In this document: positions 55,401 to 64,000 of the stretch, one piece after another | Numbering within the stretch: the first letter of the stretch is position 1 | How the letters are laid out: each line of letters opens with the position of its first letter | From: a virus | Lineage: Duplodnaviria > Caudoviricetes | Strand: one strand, 5' to 3' | Length of the DNA: 64,000 bases | Virus record (IMG/VR): IMGVR_UViG_3300046786_000304 | Coordinates: 96,001-160,000 of that record | The notes under the pieces: model-generated | What the model was told of the DNA's origin: nothing | Database searches by the model: none | Seen by the model: only the letters and a program-made list of their open reading frames with translations | Made by a program: the position numbers and the translations under genes

Positions 55401-56045
55401 ATGAAGACTCTATTAGAATACATAGAAACATTACAGCAAAAACACGATGTTCGCATTAAACTAGCCTGCGAATGTGGTGATGAAATTTGCGACAAAATTG
55501 AAAAGCATCTAGAAAAGTATGATGCTGAAAAAATTACTCGCCCTAGCAAGACTATATTGATGAGTCGTCCTTTAGACTTTCCTAACTTGGATATGGCAGA
55601 AGTTTATATCATTGACTTTACTGCTAAATTACCAGTTAGTCCAGAAATGCTAAAACAAGAATTAGCAAGACTATTGAATATTAACGAAGGACTTATTGTT
55701 GTTCGTATGGCCAATGAGCCACGTGAAGAAGAAGCACAGCACGACGAAGAAGCAGAAAAGTTCAAAGTCAAAGATGAAGAATACAAAGCTAAGGTAGGCG
55801 CTGACTACGACAAGAGTGAAAAGTCTGATGTTAAAGCAGATGAACTTTATGGCGACAAGTACAATACTAAGTTCTTAAAAGAATTAAAAAAATTAAGCGA
55901 CGAACGCAAAAAAGAAATTAAAGCACCTAAGGTTATCAAGGATCCTGATGTTCCTGTTAGTGAGCCTGAAATTGGTGATAGCAAAGCGACTAATAAAAAG
56001 AGTCCAGTGCGAACATTTACAGCCCCAGCGGGTAAAGGAAAATAA
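55401..56045 (+). CDS. Hypothetical late protein
   Basis: ATG 55401 with GGAG RBS and GATAAATA box. Confidence 0.7.
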   Translation: MKTLLEYIETLQQKHDVRIKLACECGDEICDKIEKHLEKYDAEKITRPSKTILMSRPLDFPNLDMAEVYIIDFTAKLPVSPEMLKQELARLLNINEGLIVVRMANEPREEEAQHDEEAEKFKVKDEEYKAKVGADYDKSEKSDVKADELYGDKYNTKFLKELKKLSDERKKEIKAPKVIKDPDVPVSEPEIGDSKATNKKSPVRTFTAPAGKGK

Positions 56046-56047
56046 TC

Positions 56048-56920
56048 ATGGATTTATCAAGACTAATGAGCAGACTAGCCGCAATTGGTGGCATGCAAGG
56101 TGCTGTTACTGAAGCAGAAGAAGAAAAATGTTCTGAGTGTGGCAAAGTTCACGAAGGTGATTGCGACGCAGAAAAAGTAGAAGAAGGCAAAAAGCCAGAT
56201 TTCATTGATGCAGACAATGATGGTAATGAAAAAGAACCTATGTCGGATGCACTTAAAGACAAAGAAGAAAAAGTTGATGAAGGCAAAAAGCCAGACTTTA
56301 TAGATGCAGACAATGATGGTAATAAAAAAGAACCTATGTCTGATGCACTTAAGGACAAAGAAAAAGTAGAAGAAACTTCTTTAGATTCATTGCGTAAGCT
56401 TGCTGGTATTATGGAATGTGGTGACGAATATGAAATGGGCGGCGAAATGAGTCCTATGTCAGTTACAGCCACTGAAGTTCCAGGAATGGGTGTACCTGCT
56501 CAAGTAGCAAATATGGTCGCAGGTGCTGAAGGCGAATCTAGTCCAAAAGCAAAATATACATTAAGTATTCAAAATGGCGAAAACAATTTACAAATGACAA
56601 CAGACGTGCCTGATGAAATTATTCACATTATGAAGCTAGCTGGTGTTAACAAAGGTGCTGAAGTAACTAAGACCGAAGCTCCGGGCGAAGAACAAAACGA
56701 AGCTCCTAAAAAAGAAGTAGAAGAAGAATGGAGCAATACTCCTAGTCAAACTAAAGAACGCGAACCAAAAGCTTATGGCGACATTCGTGATTGGGGTCAA
56801 AAAGGCACAGGTCAAGGCAAGCCAGGTAGTGGCACAAATAGACCAGCTGGTCAAGGTGACAATCCATTAGGCGAACAAGCAATGATGGAAGCTTACAAAA
56901 AATTTAAAGCGAGCAAATGA
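56048..56920 (+). CDS. Acidic internal head-like protein with tandem repeat
   Basis: E/D/K-rich; two 32-aa repeats; LRKLAGI motif. Confidence 0.75.
   Translation: MDLSRLMSRLAAIGGMQGAVTEAEEEKCSECGKVHEGDCDAEKVEEGKKPDFIDADNDGNEKEPMSDALKDKEEKVDEGKKPDFIDADNDGNKKEPMSDALKDKEKVEETSLDSLRKLAGIMECGDEYEMGGEMSPMSVTATEVPGMGVPAQVANMVAGAEGESSPKAKYTLSIQNGENNLQMTTDVPDEIIHIMKLAGVNKGAEVTKTEAPGEEQNEAPKKEVEEEWSNTPSQTKEREPKAYGDIRDWGQKGTGQGKPGSGTNRPAGQGDNPLGEQAMMEAYKKFKASK
56171..56374 (+). repeat. 96-nt intragenic tandem repeat (2 copies plus partial)
   Basis: EKVEEGKKPDFIDADNDGNEKEPMSDALKDKE starts at 56171 and again at 56267. Confidence 0.9.
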
Positions 56921-58452
56921 GCGGCACTCCGGTTTTAGTTAAACAAGCCTATAAAAAAGAAAATTACACAGAGAATCAGATAACAGAGATTGTAAAATCT
57001 GCTACTGATCCTGTGTATTTTATTCAAGAGTACATGTGGGTACAGCACCCAACTAAAGGCCGTGTTAGATTTCATTTATACGATTACCAAGTTGATTTAA
57101 TTAAATGTTACCACGAAAATCGTTATAGCATTAATATGCTTGGACGACAAATGGGTAAGTCAACTTGCGCCGCTGGTTACTTGTTATGGTACGCAATGTT
57201 TGTTCCAGACAGTACTATTCTTATTGCCGCACACAAATACACAGGTTCGCAAGAGATTATGCAACGTGTGCGTTTCATGTATGAGAACTTACCTGAATGG
57301 ATTAAAGCTGGCGCAACAAGTTATAACAAAGGTAGCATTGACTTTGATAACGGTAGTCGTATCGTCAGTGCTACAACAACAGAAAATACTGGTCGTGGTA
57401 TGTCTATTACACTAGTATACTTGGACGAGTTTGCTTTCGTCCCGCCACGTATTGCCAAAGAGTTCTGGACAGCACTAAGCCCGACACTGGCAACAGGTGG
57501 TAAGTGTATTATCACATCAACCCCTAACCAAGACAATGACCAATTCGCACAGATTTGGAACGAAGCAAATAAAAAGACAGATGCATTTGGTAATCCAAGT
57601 AACGTAGGTAAGAATGGCTTTGCTAGTATATCTTATATATGGAGTGACCACCCCGACAGAGACGAGTCTTGGGGCGATACTGAACGTAGTAAAATTGGTG
57701 AAGAACGTTTTTTACGTGAACATGAATGTGTATTCATTACAGCAGATGAAACATTAGTTAGCAGTATGATGTTGACTAATATGTCTGGTATAGATCCTAT
57801 TAACAAAATTGGCCAGATTAGAGTATATGACCGTATCATGACAGACAACATGTATGTTGTTGCTTGGGATCCAAGTTTGGGTACAGGCAGTGACCCTGCG
57901 GCCATTGAAATTTTTAGATTGCCGGATCTTGTACAAGTAGCCGAATGGCAACATAACAAAACAGACGTGCGTGGCCAGTTGCGTATGCTTATAACTATCT
58001 TAGAATATCTACGAGAAAATGGTGTTGCCAATGACCAAATTTATTGGAGTGTAGAAAACAATACACTAGGAGAAGCCGCATTAGTTGCTATCACTGAATA
58101 CGGCGAAGAACGCATACCTGGCTATTTTATCAGTGAGCCAGGCGGCAAACGTCGTGGCTTTAACACAACAAATAAGAGCAAGATTGCCGCTTGTACCAAA
58201 TTAAAGTATTATATCGAAAGCGGCAAAATGACGCCAAAGAGTAAGAACTTAATACAAGAACTAAAAACCTTTGTTGCCCATGGCGCCAGCTTTGCTGCCA
58301 AGGAAGGCGAAACGGATGATTTGGTTATGGGTACAATTCTGGCAGTTAGGCTCATTGAACACTTGATGAAGTACGACGAACAAACATATAACAAGCTAGT
58401 AGAGCGTGGCAGTGGTGATTTTGTTGCTCCGATGCCAATTGGCATAATTTAA
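56917..58452 (+). CDS. gp17: Terminase large subunit
   Basis: 'RQMGKST' Walker A, 'VYLDEFAF' Walker B, 'STPN' coupling motif, RuvC 'WDPSLG' and 'DDLVM'. Confidence 0.97.
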   Translation: MSGTPVLVKQAYKKENYTENQITEIVKSATDPVYFIQEYMWVQHPTKGRVRFHLYDYQVDLIKCYHENRYSINMLGRQMGKSTCAAGYLLWYAMFVPDSTILIAAHKYTGSQEIMQRVRFMYENLPEWIKAGATSYNKGSIDFDNGSRIVSATTTENTGRGMSITLVYLDEFAFVPPRIAKEFWTALSPTLATGGKCIITSTPNQDNDQFAQIWNEANKKTDAFGNPSNVGKNGFASISYIWSDHPDRDESWGDTERSKIGEERFLREHECVFITADETLVSSMMLTNMSGIDPINKIGQIRVYDRIMTDNMYVVAWDPSLGTGSDPAAIEIFRLPDLVQVAEWQHNKTDVRGQLRMLITILEYLRENGVANDQIYWSVENNTLGEAALVAITEYGEERIPGYFISEPGGKRRGFNTTNKSKIAACTKLKYYIESGKMTPKSKNLIQELKTFVAHGASFAAKEGETDDLVMGTILAVRLIEHLMKYDEQTYNKLVERGSGDFVAPMPIGII

Positions 58453-58473
58453 TTAAAATAGGTAAATATATAC

Positions 58474-59736
58474 ATGGCGATTGATTATAATACTGTAGCT
58501 GATAGAATATTTGACCAACTCAAAGGGTTTGGTTATAGTATCACAATGAACGATAAAAGTGGCAAAGCAACAGCTAACGCTAAAAAAGCTAGATACTTTT
58601 ATAGCACTGATGAAAAATTCACAGTTGTTATCGATGAAGAAGATCGTGTAATTAAAATCAAATACGGCGATAATACAGATCGTGAAAGATTAAACAAATT
58701 AGAAAATACCATACGCAATGGTATTGCGAAAAAATTCGTAGTAGGCGTAGATCTTATGCCTTATACAGGTAAAGATATTGAACCAAAGGATGTAGAGAAT
58801 ATGGCAAAAGTCCAAGAAAGTTTAAGCCCAGTACAAGGGTCAATGAAAACTAGCTATCAACAAACAGATGGCGCAAAACTAATTATTCGTCACAGCAAGC
58901 CTGTTAACGAAGAAGTAATGGGCAGTAGAAGCCGCAACATTAGAGCATTGTTTATTGAGAATGCTCTAGGTGAACGCTTCCGTTATCCACAAATCCATTT
59001 GGCAGGCGCACGTACAATGACACGCCACGTTGCTGAAGGTGGTACACCTTATGATGAAGTTGGACAAAAGATTATTGGACTAAGCGAAGAACGTAGCCAA
59101 CTAATGCAAGTTGCTCGTTACATCAGAAGTCAAGGTTTACAAGAACAAGCCAATGATGTTCAATTCGCAGTTACTGGCCGTTTAAACGAAATTAAAGATT
59201 TATTGGGTCGTTACAACACTGAACGTTTAATGGGTGATGTACACGAACAAGACGAAAATGATCTGGACGCACTAAAAGAAAAACTAACTAAAAACGTATT
59301 TGACGAAACTATTGGCACTATGTTACCAAGACTAAATGGCTACTTAAAAGAATATCAAGCAAAAATGGAAGCAACTCAGGCATTTGATTCATTAAAACAG
59401 CAGGTAGAAGAAAGTTCTACTATTGCGGTTAGTGCGATTCCAGACTTAGATTTTACAAGTATGATTGTTTACGAAAGCCCAACGGTTAATACATCACAGT
59501 TAATTAATTTGGTTCTTCCTGTTTTGGAAGACGACACAATTAAAAACCAATTGACTCGTGTAGCTGAAGGTGTGGCAAAAGGTCACTTGGACCCAATGGC
59601 AGTAGAAAACCTAACTCGCAGTATTATTGGCAAGAGCAGTAAGCAAACAGCAACATTTGAAGATAGCCGTTTTGAAATCGGTGCTATGTTCGAAAGTGCT
59701 TTGAAGAAATACTCACTAGAAGAAATTTTGAAATAA
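58474..59736 (+). CDS. Hypothetical protein
   Basis: 420-aa ORF with a GTAAATA box upstream; no motif recognised. Confidence 0.75.
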   Translation: MAIDYNTVADRIFDQLKGFGYSITMNDKSGKATANAKKARYFYSTDEKFTVVIDEEDRVIKIKYGDNTDRERLNKLENTIRNGIAKKFVVGVDLMPYTGKDIEPKDVENMAKVQESLSPVQGSMKTSYQQTDGAKLIIRHSKPVNEEVMGSRSRNIRALFIENALGERFRYPQIHLAGARTMTRHVAEGGTPYDEVGQKIIGLSEERSQLMQVARYIRSQGLQEQANDVQFAVTGRLNEIKDLLGRYNTERLMGDVHEQDENDLDALKEKLTKNVFDETIGTMLPRLNGYLKEYQAKMEATQAFDSLKQQVEESSTIAVSAIPDLDFTSMIVYESPTVNTSQLINLVLPVLEDDTIKNQLTRVAEGVAKGHLDPMAVENLTRSIIGKSSKQTATFEDSRFEIGAMFESALKKYSLEEILK

Positions 59737-59783
59737 AGACTAAATAAATTCAACAGCAATTCATCCAAAAGGTTAAATTGCTG

Positions 59784-59813
59784 TTGACATAGCAAGCAAT
59801 AGTTTGCTATACT
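59784..59813 (+). promoter_or_regulatory. Sigma70-type promoter for gp32 operon
   Basis: TTGACA-18nt-TATACT with TG extension. Confidence 0.75.
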
Positions 59814-59890
59814 ACGTTCACAAGATGAGAGTATCTTGTGTTCCAGGCAACAAACTTTTTTAAACCCTGGCATTTTATAAGGAAAAAATC

Positions 59891-60901
59891 ATGGCAACAT
59901 TAGCAGAAATCCGTGCTCGTCTACTAGAGCAAGAAAACCGCACAAGCGGCAACAAACAAGGCGGCGGAGGCGATAACGCAATCTTCCCGTTTTGGAATAT
60001 CCCAGAAAACAGTACAGCAGTTCTTCGTTTCCTACCAGACGGTGACGACACTAACACTTTCCCATGGCGCGAACGCCAAATGATTCGTTTGGAATTTGCC
60101 GGCGTTAAAGGCGGCGATGAAAGCAAACGAGTAACTGTTACAGTTCCTTGTATGGAAATGTGGAAAGAAACTTGTCCTATTCACGCAGAGATTCGTCCTT
60201 GGTTCAAAGATAAATCTTTGGAAGACCTAGGTCGTAAATACTGGAAGAAAAAATCTTATATCTTCCAAGGCTTTGTTGTACAAAGCGGCTTGGCAGAAGA
60301 AACATTGCCAGAGAATCCAATCCGTCGATTGATTATCAACCCAAGTATCTTTAACATTGTTAAAGGTGCGTTGATGGATCCGGACATGGAAAGTCTATTC
60401 ACAGACTACGAAAACGGTACAGACTTCCGTTTGACAAAGACAACAAAAGGTCAATACGCAGACTATAGCACAAGTAGTTTTGCTCGTAAAGAACGTGGCC
60501 TTAACGAAACTGAACTTGAAGCAGTTGCCAAATTTGGTCTTTACAATCTAAATGACTTTATGCCTAAGAAGCCAACTAAAGAAGAAGTTGACGTCATTTA
60601 TGACATGTTCAAAGCCAGCGTAGATGGTGAGTTGTATGACCCACAACGTTGGGGTCAATACTTTAAGCCAGCAGGTGTAAACCTTGGTAACTTGGGTGTA
60701 GCATCAGACGTTGACGCCGCCGAAGCAAGTTTCAAAGCACCAGCTCCGGCAGCTCGTCCAGCACCAGTAGCTAAACCTACTGTAGTGGCAGATGATGAAG
60801 ACGACACTCCTCCTTTTGATGCAGATGAAACACCAGCACCGGAAGGCAAAAAGAATGTCAACGACATTCTTGCGATGATTCGTAATCGTCAACAAAAGTA
60901 A
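59891..60901 (+). CDS. gp32: Single-stranded DNA-binding protein
   Basis: 'AVLRFLP', 'C.EMW...CPI', 'RKYWKK.SY', 'QYADYSTSSF', acidic C-terminal tail. Confidence 0.88.
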   Translation: MATLAEIRARLLEQENRTSGNKQGGGGDNAIFPFWNIPENSTAVLRFLPDGDDTNTFPWRERQMIRLEFAGVKGGDESKRVTVTVPCMEMWKETCPIHAEIRPWFKDKSLEDLGRKYWKKKSYIFQGFVVQSGLAEETLPENPIRRLIINPSIFNIVKGALMDPDMESLFTDYENGTDFRLTKTTKGQYADYSTSSFARKERGLNETELEAVAKFGLYNLNDFMPKKPTKEEVDVIYDMFKASVDGELYDPQRWGQYFKPAGVNLGNLGVASDVDAAEASFKAPAPAARPAPVAKPTVVADDEDDTPPFDADETPAPEGKKNVNDILAMIRNRQQK

Positions 60902-61004
60902 TACGGCTTGGGCCTCTGCGATAACTAACCGGTAAATGGTTATTGTACGCCCAGGTTCTTCTATGCAGAAGAAACGTAGATTATCACAAAGTAGAGAGTA
61001 TCCA

Positions 61005-61271
61005 ATGACACTACCAGACGAAAGATATCGTGCTGTAATGTGGGCAGAACGGTTCCTACAAGAACTTGCTCACGATACTAAAAAGTATCCTAGGATTTCC
61101 AAAGAAGTTAGACGTGAAGCTTATTCTATTGCTAGACATTTCCCCCATAAATGGGATATGGATCGTGTTGCAAAAGAATGCCCAGAAGTCTTTCAAGAAC
61201 GAATGGAACCATTGACAAGGATGCTAGAAGTATATAAAATAGAACAAAAGGAAGAAAACAATGGCAACTAA
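61005..61271 (+). CDS. Hypothetical protein
   Basis: Start at ATG 61005 (MTLPDERYRA...) behind GAGAG. Confidence 0.7.
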   Translation: MTLPDERYRAVMWAERFLQELAHDTKKYPRISKEVRREAYSIARHFPHKWDMDRVAKECPEVFQERMEPLTRMLEVYKIEQKEENNGN

Positions 61272-61473
61272 AAAACAAACAGTAAAGAAAATCAGCGACA
61301 AGATGGCTAAAGTAAATGACTCATTTACTATCAATATGTACGACAATGGCTATATGCTTGAAATTGGCGGACGTGACAGCACCGACGATTGGAAGACAGC
61401 TAAGATTACTGTAGGTTCTATTGAAGAACTAGCAGAGCTTATTAAAGAAGCCAGTGAAATGGAGCGTGAATAA
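61261..61473 (+). CDS. Hypothetical protein
   Basis: 70-aa ORF coupled to uvsX. Confidence 0.7.
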   Translation: MATKKQTVKKISDKMAKVNDSFTINMYDNGYMLEIGGRDSTDDWKTAKITVGSIEELAELIKEASEMERE

Positions 61474-62543
61474 TGACTAAACCATTCGACGTTTCCAAAT
61501 TTAGAAAAAGTATTACTAAGAGCATTGACGGCCTTAGTATTGGTTTCAATGATCCAACTGATTGGATTAGCACAGGTAACTATACACTAAACTATTTGAT
61601 CAGCGGCGACTTTTTCAAAGGTGTGCCAATGGGTAAAGTTACTGTGTTTGCCGGCGAGTCCGGTGCAGGTAAATCATATATCTGTTCAGGTAACTTAATT
61701 CGCCACGCACAAGAACAAGGTATCTATGTTGTACTTGTTGACAGTGAGAACGCATTAGATGAAGCATGGCTTCATGCACTTGGCGTAGACACAGGCGAAG
61801 ATAAACTACTCAAACTTAACATGGCTATGATTGATGACGTAGCAAAGACTATTACAGAATTTGTTTCTGAATACAGAGCAATGGCAGAAGACCAGCGTCC
61901 AAAAGTCTTGTTTGTTGTAGACTCATTAGGTATGTTGCTAACACCAACAGACGTTAATCAGTTCGAAGCAGGTGACTTGAAAGGCGACATGGGTCGTAAG
62001 CCTAAGGCATTGACAGCATTAGTTCGTAACTGTGTTAATATGTTTGGTAATCTAAACATTGGTATGGTTTGTACTAACCACACATACGCAAGTCAGGATA
62101 TGTTTGATCCAGATGACAAGATTAGTGGTGGCCAGGGCTTTATCTATGCCAGCTCTATTGTTGTTGCTATGCGTAAGTTGAAGTTGAAACTAGACGAAGA
62201 TGGTAATAAGACTACCACAGTCAACGGTATCCGTGCTAGTTGTAAGATTATGAAAACTCGTTATGCTAAACCTTTTGAATCAGTTCACGTACAGATTCCA
62301 TACTCAACAGGTATGAGTCCCTATAGTGGATTGTTTGACTTGTTAGAAGAACGTGGTAGCTTAAAGCGTGAAGGTAACAGTTATCTTTATACAACTAAAG
62401 ATGGCGAAGTCTTTAAGGCAATGCGTAAAGGCTGGACCAACGAATTATTGGACAAAGTAATGGCAGACATTATGCTTCGTGATTTGACTGCCGGAGTAAA
62501 TACAGCAGATACAACGATCACGGAGGAAGAAGATGTTGCATGA
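61473..62543 (+). CDS. uvsX: RecA-like recombinase
   Basis: Walker A 'GESGAGKS', 'VDSE.A', 'FVVDSLG', 'GDMGRKPKAL', 'SGGQGFIY' motifs. Confidence 0.95.
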   Translation: MTKPFDVSKFRKSITKSIDGLSIGFNDPTDWISTGNYTLNYLISGDFFKGVPMGKVTVFAGESGAGKSYICSGNLIRHAQEQGIYVVLVDSENALDEAWLHALGVDTGEDKLLKLNMAMIDDVAKTITEFVSEYRAMAEDQRPKVLFVVDSLGMLLTPTDVNQFEAGDLKGDMGRKPKALTALVRNCVNMFGNLNIGMVCTNHTYASQDMFDPDDKISGGQGFIYASSIVVAMRKLKLKLDEDGNKTTTVNGIRASCKIMKTRYAKPFESVHVQIPYSTGMSPYSGLFDLLEERGSLKREGNSYLYTTKDGEVFKAMRKGWTNELLDKVMADIMLRDLTAGVNTADTTITEEEDVA

Positions 62544-62802
62544 TGAAGAAGTTAATTTGATTGTTGACACTTGGACAAGTGTTAAAACTTATATTGACAA
62601 GAAAGAGCGTTATGATGCCGCTAGTGCATTCTTGCGTAGTTTAGAAAATCACTACGATATGGATAGTGTGGCAGAAGAACTTCTTGGTAACGACAGCACA
62701 TTGGATACAGTAATTAAAGATTTGTACACCGACAACGACATCATTGATGAAGATGACGACTACGAAGAAGATAATTACGACTCAGACTACGACGACGAAT
62801 GA
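62533..62802 (+). CDS. Small acidic protein (position of T4 gp40)
   Basis: D/E-rich C-terminus directly after uvsX. Confidence 0.65.
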   Translation: MLHDEEVNLIVDTWTSVKTYIDKKERYDAASAFLRSLENHYDMDSVAEELLGNDSTLDTVIKDLYTDNDIIDEDDDYEEDNYDSDYDDE

Positions 62803-63260
62803 GTAATTGGTATAGACAAGTATCGGGCGACATCACAACGTTGCCTGATGCTATTTCATATTTCGAATCCGAATTACAAGGTGCTAGGATAGAAACTAGC
62901 CTCAAAGGTAATTTGGAAATGAATAGCAGACTTATGCCCGGCATTGTCGAGCATAGGTTTAACCAATTACAAGAGATAGAAGCAATTTTAGAATATCTTA
63001 GCATCCAACTAAGAAAGAAACGAAGCGAAAGCTTTCGCAAGTTTACAGAAAATTACAATAGAGCATTGACGAGTCGTGACGCAGAACGATATGTCGACGG
63101 CGATGCAGAAGTTTATAATTGGCAATTACTTATAAATGAATTCGCCATGGTGCGTAACAAATATTTGGGATTAATGAAAGCCATTGATAGCAAACAATTT
63201 CAAATTAATAATATCACTAAACTTAGAGTCGCTGGCATGGAAGATACTACATTAGGATAA
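62799..63260 (+). CDS. uvsY: Recombination mediator UvsY-like
   Basis: 'YNRALTSRDAERYVDGD', 'K..DSKQFQINNI.KLRVAG' motifs. Confidence 0.85.
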   Translation: MSNWYRQVSGDITTLPDAISYFESELQGARIETSLKGNLEMNSRLMPGIVEHRFNQLQEIEAILEYLSIQLRKKRSESFRKFTENYNRALTSRDAERYVDGDAEVYNWQLLINEFAMVRNKYLGLMKAIDSKQFQINNITKLRVAGMEDTTLG

Positions 63261-63263
63261 TAT

Positions 63264-63569
63264 ATGAAAGAAACATTATTGCAAATGGCGGACATAGTAC
63301 ATCTAAGCCCAGCCAGACAAGCACAAATTTATTTTACAGTACAATTAAATGTACCGGAAAAATCTCTAAGACTTACTACTTCGTCTAGCATGTTTTTAGA
63401 AAGTCGAAGTGGAGTCCAGCCAACGCACATCGTCCTTGCTGAAGCAACATTTCACGCAGGTATGGCAGTTAGTTGTCTTGAAGAATGGTTAAAAGATCAG
63501 GACATCAAATATTCCATGGATGAAAAATTCGAAGAAGGCCATCTAATCGCAAAGGTAACATTACTATGA
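63264..63569 (+). CDS. Hypothetical protein
   Basis: 101-aa ORF with AGGA RBS. Confidence 0.6.
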   Translation: MKETLLQMADIVHLSPARQAQIYFTVQLNVPEKSLRLTTSSSMFLESRSGVQPTHIVLAEATFHAGMAVSCLEEWLKDQDIKYSMDEKFEEGHLIAKVTLL

Positions 63570-64000
63570 CTACGTTAAAACACCACGAACAATTCAGTCA
63601 CACTACACGTTCATTTGATCAGATGACACCTGTCGACGACGACCTTAAAGCTAAAATCAATGAAATAATTGAAGCCAACAAAGATGAATTTAGAATAATC
63701 AAATTGATAGAAGACAAAGATACAATCGAAAGAATCTTCCAAGTTAGCGACGTGCCAAATCAAGCTGATCAAGGTGTAGCATATAAAAGACGTAAAAATA
63801 GTCAATTACTTGCACCATTGCTGATCATGTTATCCACGCATACAGATGAACAATACGGTGGATATATTGTTGGCAAAACATATGGTCAAATCGGTATGGC
63901 CGCGGTCAAAGCTGGATACCATACATCATTCTGTATTTGTTATGAAAGAGAAGACGCAGAGAAAATTATCTTTGAAGGCGACGAAGCTAACTCGCATCCT
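63566..64000 (+). CDS. Nitroreductase-fold protein, partial (runs off window end)
   Basis: Manual translation MTTLKHHEQFSHTTRSFDQMTPVDDDLKAKINEIIEA...NSQLLAPLLI...GKTYGQIGMAAVKAGYHTSFCIC resembles the nitroreductase 'R.F...V' and 'G.....A...G..T' patterns. Confidence 0.6.
   Translation, partial: MTTLKHHEQFSHTTRSFDQMTPVDDDLKAKINEIIEANKDEFRIIKLIEDKDTIERIFQVSDVPNQADQGVAYKRRKNSQLLAPLLIMLSTHTDEQYGGYIVGKTYGQIGMAAVKAGYHTSFCICYEREDAEKIIFEGDEANSHP

Noticed and set aside
56917-62543. Inteins or introns in terminase, gp32 or UvsX
   Set aside because: Lengths and motif spacing are normal, with no intein C/S...HN junctions or frame interruptions.
1-64000. Alternative genetic code (stop-codon reassignment) as in some jumbo phages
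   Set aside because: Core genes are full length under the standard code, and TAA, TGA and TAG all act as stops.

Overview
This is a gene-dense (standard genetic code, AT-rich) 64-kb segment of a large T4-related myovirus, probably a jumbo phage. It carries nearly the whole morphogenesis set: baseplate gp6/gp25/gp5/gp53/gp26-like, tape measure, portal gp20, protease gp21, scaffold gp22, major capsid gp23, tail fibres, neck gp13/gp14/gp15, sheath gp18, tube gp19, gp4 and terminase gp16/gp17. It also encodes the late sigma factor gp55, the gp47/gp46 nuclease, ATP-dependent DNA ligase, gp32, UvsX, UvsY and nucleotide enzymes. A betaproteobacterial-type porin hints at a Betaproteobacteria host (inference). 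No tRNA, rRNA, CRISPR array, intron or intein was recognised. Strongest leads: (1) a ~500-nt non-coding, densely base-paired region with a possible pseudoknot directly behind an Hc1-like gene and a catalytic-domain-only GIY-YIG nuclease; (2) a U-UUU-UUC -1 frameshift site with a downstream hairpin that fuses the gp26-like protein to the next ORF, as in lambda G/GT; (3) repeated hairpins that bury a late gene's RBS and contain the late promoter; (4) a late-promoter GNAT-like/desaturase/ACP operon converging on a radical SAM/2OG-oxygenase operon; (5) a stand-alone porin cassette; (6) two apparently catalytically dead muralytic domains in baseplate proteins. All family assignments come from motif recognition by eye; no searches were run.
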